DNA of 64,000 nucleotides, taken from Eledone cirrhosa. Lineage: Eukaryota. A program made the position numbers and the translations under genes. The notes beneath the pieces are model-generated. The model saw only the letters and a program-made list of their open reading frames with translations. It made no database searches and was not told the DNA's origin. Location: positions 140,244,001 to 140,308,000 of the forward strand of contig OZ024742.1 of assembly GCA_964016885.1 (NCBI GenBank), written 5' to 3'. Every line of letters begins with the position of its first letter. Positions within the stretch are counted from its first letter, which is position 1. This document shows, piece by piece, positions 12,901 through 27,151 of the stretch.

Positions 12901-12938
12901 TATATATTGTGGATGTGTATAAGATCCATTTCATAATA

Positions 12939-13001
<63 letters not shown>

Positions 13002-13014
13002 TATGCATACATAT

Positions 13015-13460
13015 TTATAAAGGATGGCTGCATGATGCCTGTGTGTGAAGTGCGATGCTGCATAGTAGTGAAACATGGGCAGTGATTGCAGAGGACATGC
13101 GTAGGCTGGAGAGAAATGAAGCAACTATGCTTCATTGGATGTGCAATGTAAATGTGAGAGAAAGGCAGAGCTTAGATGAACTGAGGAAACTGAGTGGTGT
13201 ACAAGACAGAAGATTGCATTGGTACAGACATGTGATATTCATGGATGATGATCACTGAGAGAAGAAGTGGAAGGAAGCCACAGTAGAGGTAGACAAAGGA
13301 AGATCTTGGCAGAGGTGTTGAGAGCTGATCTCAAATTGCTGAGATGCACAGAGGAGATGATGAAGGAATGCGATGAGTGGAGAGATATTGTACTGAAAAG
13401 GATCTATCCAACCCATGCAAGTATGTAATAATAGATATAAAAACGTGGATGATGATGATT
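13015..13460 (+). mobile_element. RTE-clade LINE 3' fragment
   Basis: [30 protein letters not shown]...VQDRRLHWYRHV, ending in ccaacccatgcaag...gatgatgat. Confidence 0.8.
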
Positions 13461-13464
13461 CTTA

Positions 13465-14680
13465 CTTCTAAAGTATCGACCCCAATTTCATTACAGTCAC
13501 GGAAACATGAGCACATTCCTTACTCTGTGATGGGGTTTTCAGCATAGTTGGCTACAACTTGTTTCGCAAAGACTGCATTAATGATTGTGGTGGAGGTGGT
13601 GTGATGGTGTATGTTCGTTCAAACTTTTCGGCAATTCCTTGCATTGATTTGAACCAATCACAACGAAGTATTTTTCTGTGATATATGTATGACCATGTCA
13701 ACACTGCTACTTGGAGTTGTTTACCGGCCCCAAATTACCATCAGGACACTCAACTTTGTGATATCCTCAGAGCTGCTGTCAGGAAAACAGCCACTTATGT
13801 TTTTATTGCAGGCGACTTCAATCACCCTGAGATTGATTGGGAAACCTTTCGTTGGCCGTGAAACGCAAATGATTTCCTTGAGCTAGTGCTGGATTTGAAT
13901 TGGTCCCAAGTAGTCACCTCCCCAACAAGAGGTGACAACACTTTGGATCTACTCTTTACCACTACTCCTGAAATGGTTATTAGTGTTACTACTGAGGAAC
14001 CTTAAGGTGACTCTGATCATGCTATGATCATTGCCAATCTGTCTCTTATGGACAGTAACAAAAACCACAACCATCTCCAAACTGCTCGCTTTGACTGGAA
14101 TAAAGCAGACTGGAACTCTTACTGCACCAAACACACAACACCCAAACTGGCTTGAATTTTACAACTCTGGAGATGTCAACACTATACTTCAGAACATCCT
14201 GAACTCAATATAGACAGCATGTGCAGCATCAATGCCATGGAAGCAGAAAAAACATCACAAAAGTGCAATTTGGGAGACTGCAGCAGTCCAACTTGCCTGG
14301 AAAGAACGTCATAATACTGAACAGGAATACAAACTGTATAAATCAGATATCATTAGAAAAAAGCGCAATAAATCATCCAACCATCTCAAGCAGGTGACAA
14401 AAAAGCAGTGCTTGAATTTGAACAGCTTAGAGCAACCAGCCCTAACAGTAAGGTGTTCTGGAAATATGTACATTCAAAGGAAAGACCTCACTCTCCAGTT
14501 GGTTCTCATTGCAATTCCCACACAAGCCAGATTACTGACGATCCCAAAGAATGCGCAGAACTCATTGTTGAATGCTATGCAGGTATTTTTACTGTTGAAA
14601 ACCAAAATGTACCATCTCCACCACCGCTGACATCAAATTCTATAACAACTATGGAATTTACACCTGCAATGCTGCGATGT
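13465..14680 (+). mobile_element. CR1/L2-like LINE ORF2 fragment (AP endonuclease and linker)
   Basis: Frameshifted motifs GGVMVYVR, GVVYRP, AGDFNHPEIDW, QVVTSPTRGDNTLDLLFT, GDSDHAMI and NSKVFWKYVHSK...DDPKECAELI. Confidence 0.8.
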
Positions 14681-17600
14681 CACCTTAGAGAGGGGGAGAT
14701 TTTGTCAACATGTCAACAAAACAGTGTTCTAGTGAAGGTGAATATAAAAGAAAATATTATGAAGGAAAAGAGGAACAATATCATTTTTAATGATATTGTT
14801 TCAGATTTAAAATTACCTAATATTACTAACACTAACAACAACACCATCTATAACAACAGCAACAACAAAAATAAGAGCGATAAGGTCGAGAAAGACAATA
14901 ACAATAACAATAGCCACAACAACAATAAAAGGCCTTGGGGAGCGTCTGGGTGCGTAAAAGCATATCACCCGAGGAAAAAAATATGCCACAGTAGATGTAG
15001 TTTTTGCCACCCACCAGGAGGCGAAGTCTCACTCTTTGGTAACCCTAAAGAGTGAGGAGATAGTTTTAGTGCCCTCCTACTGTAGGCAGAAAATTGTGAG
15101 GGTCAAAGTGACCCATGTCTCACCCGACATGCCCATACCTTAGCTGGCCGCATCTGTCCTTGCTGGAATCGAGGACAGGACGACCATGCTGCAAGTATAG
15201 AAAATAGGGAGAGAACTGGTCAGGTATAGGCATACAAATGCTAATACAAACTGACCAGGAGTGTATCGAGGCTATCCCCAATATCATAGACCTTGAGGAA
15301 GGACTCCAACTCCCTATAAGCGTGGAAGGAAGGCGCCCAAAATGCTATCTCTGTGGGTCAAATGGTCACCTCAGGGCCTTTTGCCCGCAGAAGACAGCGA
15401 AGAAGAAGGCCCCCCCTCCTTCCAATGCCTGGTCTGCTGCTACCAAGAGAAGGGCAGGCAACAAACGCAGAAGACCCTTCCATGTTGAGTAGGAGGGCAA
15501 CATCCGTGGCACCCATATCAAGGCTACGGACAACTAAAACTGCAGCAGCAGTGGCAGTAACACCAGTGGCAGTAACTACATTTGCAGTAGCTGCACCAGC
15601 AACAAAATCGCTGGAGAGGGCTCCACTACCACCACCAACAGCCGTGGAGCACATACCCCTCCCAGATGCCACGGAATCCGACATGGAGTCTGAGGCGAGA
15701 GTGAAGTGGCAAACGGTCTGGCACAAAAAAGAAAGAACCCCTTAGCTTCACCCTCCAAAAGCGAAGGCAAACAAAGAGGGGCAAAGGCTGCAAGGAGACT
15801 CGCAGCAACGCCACTACCATCACTACCAACAACCACCACACCACCACCACCAGCATCACCACAAACATCAACATCGAGACAAACATACCCAACAGCAGCA
15901 ACAAGGAAACAGCAACAAAACCAAATCCCCCCCAAAAACATTACGCAGCCATAAACATGGCAAATAAAGAACGCTTAGAACATATAAAGCAGCACACAGA
16001 CAAAAATTACTACATCCTGCCAACACCAAGAACTTTCTTGAAAAATATAAACATTATTGAAATTAAAATAGAATATTATAAACATTTAAAAGAAAAATTC
16101 CCCAACGCAGTTGGAGACTTCAGAGAGTCAGTTACCAAGAGGATATACACTGACATCATCTTGGAGACACCCATGACCAGCCAAAGGGACGGTTTGACTG
16201 TCCCTTTCCCACACGATCAGGGTAGGTGATCCTTTCTCACTTACTCCATTCCTCACCCAACATGGCCTTACTTAGAATAGCCAGTATAAATGTACAAATG
16301 TACGTGGCCTGGGGTCATCTTTGAAGCAGGGCCACCTGCTTAACGATTTCAGGTCACTAAACATAGATGTGGTGGCCATCAGTGAGACCAGAATTTCCGA
16401 AGCACAAGACTTCGCACCGTACTTCGGCGGCTACGATGTATACGCATCTCCCAGCCCCATATAATCCAGCCTCTGGGATTATGTGGGGCTAGTAAATAAG
16501 GGAGGAGGATGTAAAAGCCTCACCAACCTGTTCAGACGTTTTCAACTGTCTGACAGGTATCGACTGGATTATCCGAATGTGCCAATTTGGACATGGGCAA
16601 ACTGCATCAGGTCATCCAGATCGTATCTAGATAGGGTATTGTGTAGGGAAACAGATAAGGCTAGCGTAGGTTGTGCACAATTTAAAGTAGTCGGCTACTC
16701 GGACCACAAATTTGTGATCCCTGAAGTCGACTTAGATAGATTTCCTAGGCAAGGACCCAGTTACTGGAAGCTGAACGCGTCTTTCCCGGCGCACAATGCT
16801 TACTGAGACCGGATAAGCGAATTAGTTAAGCATGTGTTGACAGGTGCGATCGTCAACAACAGGTGGTGGTTTACCCTGAAAAGAGCAATTTGAGTAGAAT
16901 CGATAAGGTTTAACAAAGGAGTAAAGATAGAGGAAAATAGAGTAGAAGGAGAGCTAGTTAGAAAGCTAGAAGAGGCATTTAGGACAGGCATTGCAACCGA
17001 TGTGCTTGCGGCAAGATTGGCACTCGACCAATTCTTCAATGGAAAACACGAAGGCTGCGTTGTCAGAGCTAGAGCACATGCTCTGAGACGAGGCGACAAA
17101 AGCTGTCCAATGAGCCTAGGTGGTGGAGGCGCGACGTGGCAACAAAGCCACAATTCAATCCTTGCCTGACCAAAACGGCCACATGTAACTTGAACCCGAG
17201 CAGTTGTGTGAGGCTTTTCAGCAGCACTTTGCTCAACTGTTTGGGAGCGGCGGCGGGCCAGATCGGTGTATGAACTTCAGTGCATACCTCGAGGGACTGC
17301 CGCACCTCATGACGACTGTAGTGCAGTATTGCGAAAAGCTGATAACAGCAGGTGAAATACGGGAAGCGATGTCTGACTGCCCGAGGGGTAAATCGCCAGG
17401 TTTGGTTGGTCTGCCGTACAAGCTTTATGCGTACATGCCAAACTTGTTCGGCGACTTCTTGGCAGACGTCTACTGCAACTGGCAGCAGAACGGGAGCATT
17501 CCCAGTTTTGTGAACCGAGGGGCGGTGGCGCTGTTGAGAAAAGACCCGAACAAAGGGGTCGGTATAGACAACTTCAGGCCCATAACTCTGTTAAACACAG

Positions 17601-19640
17601 ATTTCAAGATTTTGGCAAAGGTGTTAGCAACGAGATTGGCGCTTGTCATCGGTAATCTGGTAGGAGAGGCGCAGACATGCTCCATTCCAGTCAGATCCAT
17701 CCACGACAATCTCTACCTTATGCGATACATCATAGAGAGGGTGGCACAGGTGGGGCCCTGATCAAATTTGATAGGGTCGGCCATTGGTACCTGACGGCGG
17801 TCCTCGAGGCGGCTGGTTTCGGGCCCATTTTCAGGGGTTGGATCGCTGCGATGCACAGCGACATCTGCTCAGTTGTGAAAGTGAACGGTCATCTATCACA
17901 GCCGTTCATGATCATGTGCTCGGTCCGCTAGGGTTGTCCCCTTCTCGTCGCTCTTGTACGTATTGGCCCTAGAGCTGTTACTGCACAAATTTGAGGCCAA
18001 CTGGGATGTGGGAAATCCGTATTGGCTTACATCGACATTGTCACCGTGATGGTGTCAAGTACCGGACATGTCTAGATGCTCGGCACCGCTCTCAAGGAAT
18101 ATGAAGCAGTGACAGGAGCAAAGTTAAACCAGAAAAAGTCGGTGGGCTTGCAGCTCGGCACCTGGAGAGGCAAGTCCATGCCGCCTGACAGCGTCGTGGG
18201 GGTGCTGGACGGAAGGACCGGTTAAATTGCTCGGGTCTGGTTCGGTCCGGACCTCCAGAAGGAGAAAAACTGGAGTGAGGTGACAAACAGGGTGGCCTCT
18301 CTCACCCAGAAATGGGCCAAGAGGAAGCTGTCCCTGAAAGGTCGGGCTGAGGTGGTGAATGCGTTCATCGCATCCTCATCTGCTACCGTCTAACCGTTGT
18401 GCCTTGTCCCGGCCCAACTCTGGCAAAAACGGATCGCCTTCTCTTCCGCTTTTTATGGAAGGGATGTGCTCCCATGGTTAGATGATCCATCTGTTGCCAA
18501 CACCCATTGCGTGGAGGGCTGGGCATGCTGTGATTGATGACACACTATCATGCACTGAGGCTGTGACATCTCTGGTGCTTCCTTGACGGCGAACAGGTGG
18601 GTTTTTCCCCAGCTCATCTCATTAACGGAGCTGCAGTCTTGGATCAGGAAAAGACCGAGGGATAGCGCTTGGAAGCTGGAATGTCTCCAAGTGCTCACAG
18701 CCTTCTACCAGCTGGGCACTAGTATCGGTGGAACATCTACCTCGGCATCCTATAGAGAACTAGTGGAGGGGAAGAGTGATGATCTTCTTGGGGAGACCCT
18801 GGGTGTCAAAGACGATCAGCTGTTCGCTCTCTTCAAGAGAATTTTCAGCCTGGGGCCTATGGACAACTTCCAGAAATCCCTGGCCTGGCAGTGCTACCGG
18901 GGAGCGTTGCTGGTTCGAGATAAGCTCTACAGGCATGGAAGTGCCGTCAGCCGAACCTGTCCGAGATGCGCACAGAGCGACGAAAAACTGTTGTGCACGC
19001 ACTCGTTCAGTATCCGAGCATTGCTGACTCGTGGAGCTATGTCAAACATTTGCTGTCACGTGTAGGAAGGATCCGGTTATTGACTGATTCCATTGTGCAG
19101 ATAGCCCCGCCATCCTCCTTTAAGGAGGTGGAAGGGCAGGCAGTTTTCATCTGCCTGGTGGCCATGGCGAAAGAGATTGTGTGCTGGACAAGGTTGAAAG
19201 GATTGAAGATGGACACTTTCTTCTTCGGCGAATCCCTGATTAACTTTTCCAAATTTCACTTGAAGAGCAAAATCAGGATGGAGAGGCAAGTGCTGTCTTC
19301 TAGTAAGTTTGTTGAAAGGTGGGTGAAAGTGGCGAGTCTGGTCCGAGTGAACGGCCCGCTCTGAGTATGCGCCTGTATACTGAGGAGTGGAAAACTGAGA
19401 GAGGCTGCTTGCCCTGGTGGTCAGGGTGGCTGTGGTCTTTTGTGTGATTTTCGCCACAAGTGACCCTTGGAAGTGTTCCCCCTATTGGGGAATTTTTGTT
19501 GTTTGAATTTTTTTGATATTTCTATCTTCTTGTTATAACCTTTTTTACACAGCCCAAACCCACTTTGTATCGTTCTGTACCGTTCTGTGCTGTCTGTAAT
19601 ATTTTTCTTCATGTTAGCCCTTGTGGCCAATAAAGAAACC
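14680..19640 (+). mobile_element. Tx1-clade LINE copy 1 (decayed, near full length)
   Basis: ORF1 CCHC knuckle EGRRPKCYLCGSNGHLRAFC. ORF2 from ~16262: EN (VAISET, SYLDRV, SDHKFV, PSYWKLN), RT (KSPGLVGLP, NFRPITLLNTDFKILAKVLA, FDRV), C-terminal CPRC...HALVQ finger, and 3' aataaagaaacc. Many stops; internal EN deletion near 16460. The 5' boundary is approximate. Confidence 0.85.
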
Positions 19641-19878
19641 ATCATTATTATTATTATGGACGCACATGTTAGAAGACACACAAGTCTGCGGGCGAAAAGG
19701 TTCGTAACTTTAAGCTGTTTTAAAGTATCATTTTTTGTATTTTCTTGTCGTTAACGAAACATAAGGTACCCATGTAGGTTTCAAGGGAGGGATACCTCTC
19801 AATATTCGGGCTTTAAACCCAAATATTCAGATTTAGTTTTAAAAACTTCGAAAAAAATCACTTCCCCACCAAAAAAAA

Positions 19879-21849
19879 ATGGAAATTTTCGACCTTGAAA
19901 CGGTAAACAACGTTCGGGTCAAAAGTTCAAAGGCAGCCACTGTAGATTTCACCACGACTACGACTGCTACAGTCATGCCTGTCATTCACTCCACTGAATG
20001 TGAAGGCAAAACTCAAAAGCTACCATCACAACCGCTCCTGTCTGTGTTAGCAGCAGTATCATCCGAAAACGATATCACCACCACCACCGCCACCACAACA
20101 ACAACAGCTCAGAGCAACAACGACAATAACACCGACAGCTTCAATGTAAACACCGGTGGCAACAGCAACAACAAACAAAACAACAACAACAACACCAATA
20201 ACAGCAAGAATGACAACACCAACAAGAGCAACAGGCACCACATTTGCTGCTGCAGCAGCAGCAAAAACAAAGGGCTTATTGAATATTGATATTAGCGATA
20301 AAGACGAACAGTTGGCCCAGGCGTGGAGGCTAATTAAACGGGAGAAGTCCTGGGCAAACCTGACCATCCCGGATGGGGCAACAGCGGCCATGCAAAGGAG
20401 GACGGTGTACTTTCGATGCATTTCGGTGCAGACACGAAAAGTGGAACTTTCCAGCCAAGCAGAGGTCAGGGCTGCTTTGGAGTGCATTGGATGTGACATA
20501 GAGTATAAAGCAAGAGCCAAACAGTTCGGTACCATCTCGGTACTGTTCAAAACCGAGGCCCTTGCTATTAAGCACTCGGTGACCCCCTGCAGAACAGAAC
20601 GCATTATCATGCACCCGTCCTACATGGGTAAAAGGACAGTAAAGGTCCGCATTCCCAGCATCCCACCAGGAATGAACATATGGTGGCTGCTGGGATGCGT
20701 AATTGAGGAGGGGACAGACACTACTCTCCTGGATATCAAAAGGACAGAAAGAGAAGACTGGTCCGGAATGGATTTGGAGATTCTTCTCCAAATGAAACCA
20801 GAGGACATGAACAACATCCCGGATTTTGCCTGCCTGCAGCACGGGACAACAATCCAACTAATCACTGAGGGAAGAAGGCCACACTGCTTCGTCTGCGGGG
20901 AAGCAACGCATCTGCAAGCCTTCTGCCCTCAGCGCAAAAATACAGGGGGTTGCAAACCTCCTTTGTTGCCAACGCCAGTGTCAGCACGGAAAGCTGCACC
21001 ACCACCACCAAAAACAACACCAACAATGACACAGACACCAACATCAAAAACACCCGGACCACCACCAACACCGAAACCAATCCAAGGGGAAAACGAGGAA
21101 AGCTCTCCCACTCCCCATACCCCCCCCCCAATTATACACATAGACAAAACAATAAACGCACACACAGACACGGAGACACTCACAGCCACAGACCCTTTGT
21201 CTTCCAGCAGCGAAGATGAAGGAAAACCCAAAAGTGCAAAAAAACAGAGAAAACTCACCAAAAAAAGCCCCAACAAAACACAAAAACATACACAACAAAA
21301 AATACAGATACCACTAACGCAAACACTTCCCCAAAAACATCAGCACCAACAGCAACATCGACACCACCCCCACAATCCCCGAAACGCAAACAACCTAAAC
21401 AAACACAAGTACAAATAAACACACAAATACCTGAAATTGCAGACACCACACCTACAATAAACACAGACATACCTGAAACAACACCACCAAAACCATCACC
21501 ACCACAGTCACCAAAACGAAAACAAATAAAACCACACCAACAAAATGTTGAAAACTTTGTGCTTGTCAGAAGGGCCAACGATAAACTGATGACCCTCTTA
21601 GCACGAAGTGAGGACATTCAAACAGAGGGGGAGATTTTTGAAATGAGTACATTTTGCGTGCCAGAAGATTTGCTTCTGGTCCGAATGTCACTCGATTCCT
21701 TCAAAGAAATTTGGGAGAGCTTTCCTCAAGATGTGGGAACCCCGAATGTGAAACCCACATCGAGACTTTTAAAGGGGTTCCCAAAAGAAACCCCACCAAC
21801 CATGGAGGTCGAACCACCCGACCTTCACAAGTCCCCGGGAGGTAAGTAA
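19879..21849 (+). pseudogene. Tx1 ORF1 (gag-like, CCHC zinc knuckle), frameshifted
   Basis: Joined from ORFs 19879-20289, 20156-21418 and 21559-21849. Contains EGRRPHCFVCGEATHLQAFCP and Pro/Thr-rich low-complexity tracts. Confidence 0.75.
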
Positions 21850-21878
21850 ACCTTCCCTCTCTCTTTTAGCTTGCCAAC

Positions 21879-24540
21879 ATGGCCATATTAAGAGTAGGAG
21901 GTTTAAATGTTCGCGGCCTGGGGTCACCCTAGAAGCAGGGTCGCCTGCTCAACGACCTCAGGTCGCTGGAAATGGATGTGATTGCCGTCAGCGAGACCAA
22001 AATTTTCGACACGTGCGCACTAGCCCCCATTTTCAATGACTATCAGATCTTTGCATCTGTTAGCAGGCCGGGAATGGGAGGTGGGGTGGCAGTGTTGTTT
22101 AGGAAAGGACTGGATCTCGAGGTAAGGTCGATCTTCTGGGACCCGGACGGTAAGTTGGTGGTCTTGGATATGAGCAGTAGCGAAGGTGGTGCCTTTAGAC
22201 TGCTGGCCGTCTATGCCTCCACAGGTGCCGGACGACCGGACTTCTTTAGGCGCCTGGAGACCTTTCTGGGTACGTCTCGCCCTTTACTGGGGGGGAGGAC
22301 TGGAATGGCATCTTAGACGCACGCTGGGATTGTGTGGGAGTAGCTGATAGGAGCTGGTGGTGCAAAAGCCTCAAGCACCTACTCAGCCAGTTCCAACTGT
22401 GTGACAGGTATCGACTAGATTTCCCCAATGTGCCAGTATGGACATGGACCAACCGAATGGGGTCATCTAGATCGTATATAGACAGGATCTTCATTAGGAA
22501 AATAGACAGAAAGAGTGTAGGCTGCCCACTTTTTAAAACGGTCGCCTATTCAGATCACAAATTTGTGATCTGTATGGTTGACCTAGATAAAACGCGTAGG
22601 TTGGGACCGGGTTACTGGAAACTGAACATGTCATTTCCGGCACGTAAGGCTTACAGGGACCGAGTCAACAATTTAGTTAAGCAAAAGTTGACAGGGGGTA
22701 TCATCAACAACAGATGGTGGGGAGGGCTCTCAAAAGAGAGATTAGAGTAACTTCGATAGAGTTCAGCAAAGAACTAGCATTAGAGAAAAATAGAAAGGAG
22801 GGGGAGTTGGTAGATAAGTTAGACGAGGCTATTTGTAGTGGCATTGCAACTGACGTGCTAGCGGCGAGAATAGCATTAGACCATTTCTTCAATGCGAAAC
22901 ACGAAGGTCGCATTGTCAGAGCTAAGGCGCGTGCGCTGAGAAATAAGGGTAGCAAAGCTGTTCGATGGGCCCGCGTGGCGGAGGTGCAGTGTGGTGATAA
23001 AACCACAATTTGGTCTTTGGCGGACCAAGACGGACACAAGGTAAGCGATTCCAAGCGGATGTGTGAGACCTTTCGCCAGCACTTTGCTCGGTTGTTCGGA
23101 CAGAGTAGCGGATTTCAGTCCCTACCTTGACGGCTTGCCGCGCATCTCGACAGTCAACGCTGAGCGCTGCGAAAGGCAGATTACTTCAGCCGAAATTCAG
23201 GACGCCCTTGTCGGCTGCATGAGGCGCAAGTCACCCAGTTTGGATGGCCTGCCCTATGAGCTTTACATAAATATGCTACACTTGTTCTCCGATCTCCTCG
23301 AAGCACTCTACTGCAACTGGCAGCAGAATGGGAGTATTCCCAGTTCTGTGAGCAGGGGAGTGGTGACGCTGATAAGGAAAGACAAGAACAAGAGGGATAC
23401 ATTAGACAACTTCAGGCCCATAACTCTGCTCAACACAGAGTTTAAGATTTGGGCCAAGGTGTTAGCAAAGAGATTGCTGGTTGTCGTCGAGGATTTGGTT
23501 GGGGACGCGCAAACTTGCGCAATCCCAGCCAGATCCATACACAACAATCTCCACCTCATGCGATACATCATAGAGAGGGTAGGGTGTAAACCTGGCTTCG
23601 GTGGGGCACTGATCAATTTAGATCAATCGAAAGCATTCGATAGGGTCGACCATCGGTATCTGGAGTTTGTCCTCAAAGCAGCTGGCTTTGGCCCTGTCTT
23701 CAGAAGCTGGATCGCTGCAATGCACAGCGGCACACGCTCGGTGGTCAAGGTTAATGGCCACCTCTCGGAACTATTTCGGCTCTCCCGATCGGTCCGTCAA
23801 GGGTGCCCCCTCTCTTCCCTTCTGTACATATTAACTCTCGAGCCTTTACTGCGGAAGCTGGAAGTGTTGCAGGGCACCTGCTCGAACCGGGACGTGGAAA
23901 GGGTGTGTCGGCTTATGCGGACGACATCACCGTGATGGTGTTGAACACCTCAGAAATCGAGGTGGTCGGCACCTTATTGAAGGAATATGAAAGGTTGACA
24001 GGAGCGAAACTTAACCCGGAAAAGTCGGTGGACTTGCAGCTCGGAACCTGGAGAGGCAAGCCCATCCCGTCCAACAGTGTCGTGGGTTAAACTCTACAGG
24101 CACGGAAGTGCTGTCAGACGGACCTGCCCAAGATGCGCACAGAACGACGAAACCGTTCTGCACGCACTTGTCCAATGTCCTTGCATTACTGACTTGTGGA
24201 GTTATGTCGAACAGCTACTGTCGTGTGTGGAACGAATCCGACTATTGGCTGAGTGCATAGTGAAGATCGACCCACCGCCTTCCTTAGGTCAGGAAGAGCA
24301 GGAAATTTTCCTCTGTCTGGTGGCAGTTGCGAAAGAGGTTATATGGTGGACCAGATTAAAGGGACTGAAGACAGACACTTTTCTCTTCGGCCAATCCCTT
24401 ATCAACTTCAAGTTTCACCTGGAAAGGAAGGTGAGGGTGGAGAGAGAGAAGTGCTGCCTCCCAGTACATTTGGTAAAAGGTGGATGAATGTGGCGAGAAT
24501 GGCCTGTGGGAATGGGCCTACTCTGACCATGCGCCTATAG
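21879..24540 (+). pseudogene. Tx1 ORF2 (APE endonuclease, RT, C-terminal zinc finger), disrupted
   Basis: MAILRVGGLNVRGL, DVIAVSET, GGGVAVLF, SYIDRIF, SDHKFV, GPGYWKLN, LDQSKAFDRVDH, SVRQGCPLS, AYADDITV and RTCPRCAQNDETVLHALVQCP. Confidence 0.9.
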
Positions 24541-24719
24541 GCTAGCTAACTTGAGGAAAGGGGTGCTCTCTATGGGTGCCCTAGAAGCGCAGAGTGGTTC
24601 AGGATTGGTGGGGTACCTGAGTCACCCCATTGAGAGAAAAAAGGTGATAGCCTGTAGGCACAAGGTTAAGTGAATATGGTGGGTGGGGCAGAACCTCCTA
24701 ACCTAGCTCCAGCAGCTTC

Positions 24720-25612
24720 TCACGAGTCATCCTTGATGTTATCATGAAGGAATCAAATAGGACCATGGTGTGGCCATACCTGTCTGATTTTCACCGCTAA
24801 TCTATCAAGTTGTTGGCAATTGATGCCAGAGGTTATGCTGGTGTTTGGTGGGAGCAGGTCTTAGTGGATGACACATTTCCACTCCCACCAGATGCTCAGT
24901 GGGGCCTTGTGAGAGTTGAGGCCAGCCTTTGCTTGCTGTTGTAGCACATTCACTTTATCAACCCATGATCAGTTGCATTTGACATTAATGTAGGGACACC
25001 ATTTTCATCTCCAGTGACAACAGAACATAACCACTTGGTTGTGCAATGGTATGGGAGCAGAGATGTCATAGCTACCTCCCAACATTCATGATTACAGTCA
25101 GCCAGATTGTAGAACCATTGGTCCAGCTTGGACACCTTCCTTATGCAAGGGATTGAGGATGGCTGTTTTCAATGCCCCAAGCACTTTGGAGAGTTCACGT
25201 GATGTCTGTTATAGGTTGGCTTCCACCAGCTAATGCAGTTTCTTATCATTGAACTGAGATGGATGTCCGGCATGTGGTCAATTTTCATAGGCTATAATCA
25301 CTGGAACGGAAGCATGCGAACTAGTCTGTGGCACTGTGTTCAGACATGGTGTGTGACCTAAATGCATTGTTAATGTGACAACTTGATGCTGCTGTGCTTA
25401 GGCCAGATTTGAAGTTATAAAGTAAACAGCCATGAATAAACGATTTGGATAGACCAATGTTGCTTCCCCTTGATGGTGTAACAAAAAATGAGAAATGCAA
25501 ATAGTGCATACTAACATCACTTGTATATGTGCACATAACCTTCAACATTTCCAGAAAACCCTACCAAAATACCTTCTTTTATAAACTGGTGGGAACTTTC
25601 TGACCAACCCAA
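24720..25612 (-). mobile_element. Mariner (Tc1/mariner) transposon remnant with one TIR
   Basis: Minus strand begins TA|ttgggttggtcagaaagtt (mariner-type TIR). Transposase motifs KVSKLDQW and WLCSVVTGDE are present, with an FLHDN-like motif near 24735-24750; truncated beyond that. Confidence 0.8.
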
Positions 25613-25679
25613 TATTAATTGAATTGTTAATTATTTTTTAAATATTAAGTTTCATGTCCATCGCTTATCAACCTTAGCT

Positions 25680-26015
25680 GTAATAAAATGCACCCAGCTC
25701 ACTCTGTAAAATGGTAGTGGTGGTAACACAATGAAAAGCACACAGTATACCCTTTAAGATGGTAGTGCTTATGTCATGACAAAAAGCAACCAGTCCACCT
25801 TGTAAGGTGGTAGTGCTGGAGTCCTGTTAAAATTTTCTCAGTACACACTGTAAAGTAGTTGGCATTAGGAAAGGCATACATCTGTAGAAACAAAATTAGA
25901 TATGGAACATATGAGCAGAATGTGGTTACCTGACCTATTTAGCCTCATTTAGCCTCAGAACATGACAATCTGTTTAACCCATAGTATAGAAAATGTACAA
26001 ATGGTGATGATTATA
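25680..26015 (+). mobile_element. Decayed SINE/RTE 3'-tail repeat
   Basis: Repeated gcacccag..ctctgtaaa(g)tgg units, then ggcattaggaaaggcat...gtagaaac. Confidence 0.55.
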
Positions 26016-27151
26016 TATATATATATATAATATTTTATTATATTCATAGAATATAATAAGTTGTGTTACCAGACACTTGTGAAACTAAACAACCTTACTT
26101 ATCTCCACATACTCTACTACTTTTGTCTTGTTACACTCACAAAGGCACATACAGATACTCAGATACACACTCATACACTCACATACACACACACACACAC
26201 ACACACTTGCACTCAGTTACACAGATACTTTTACACTCACACATACTCTACCTACATGTGTGTGTCCACTTAAAAGGGAGTCTGCATGTTGGAATGGCTA
26301 ACCCCTTACATACATATATGTCCACCCGCTCATACACCCACATTTTTCTTAGACTCACTCTCTATTAACCCCCCCCCCCTTCACATACACACAGGCAAAT
26401 GTACTCAAATTCACACATGCACACTCATGCATCACCCATTTATACACACACACCTGCACTTTCCTCAGACTCTCTCACTTTCACTCTTTTAACCAACCAT
26501 CCTACCTCCCCATCTGCGTCCACTTAAAGTATGGTCTGCACACTGGAATAGCTTCCAGCAATCAATATCTATGAACAGTGGCCATTTTGTTTTGGCATCA
26601 ATGCAACTTTGTAGATTCCAATAGCATCATCACTGCAGGTGTATAGTGGTGGTAGTAGTGGTAGTGGTGATACTGGTAGTAATAGTAGTGGTGGTGATAC
26701 TGGTAGTAGTGGTAGTGTTGGCTGTAGCATTGCTAGCCTCTCACTTCAGTGGACTGAAATAGTACTGCATTCATTGCTGTGACTAACACCACACAAGGAA
26801 GCTTATATATTTCTTAGCTGTTAAATAATAATAATCATCATCATGGACAGTAATTTGGTAATTATTATCATTATTTTAAATTTTTGATTTAAATTTAAAT
26901 TATATTAAATTTATAAACAGAAAAAAATGGGATTTAAATGCAAAAAAAAAAAAATCATACACTAAAATAAATAATACATTTTCATATTATATATATATTT
27001 CAAGTTGATAATTTTTACATAATTTACTACCCCTCCCTCTCCAAAGTTATTCACTGATGACCACACCTAGTGAAATCTGATATTCTATTCTTTTACTGGT
27101 TTCAGTCATTAGACTGTGGCCATGCTAGAGCACTGCCTTTTTGAGCTTTAA

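Larger units (their letters stand above)
19660..24560 (+). mobile_element. Tx1-clade LINE copy 2 (decayed, internal deletion)
   Basis: ORF1 ~19879-21849 and ORF2 from ATG 21879. About 0.7 kb present in copy 1 (~18200-18920) is missing at ~24086. Confidence 0.9.

Noticed and set aside
27051-27082. tca-CTGATGA-ccacacctagt-GAAA-TC-tga hammerhead-like string
   Set aside because: No stem III, no closing pair for stem II and only a 3-bp stem I; likely chance.
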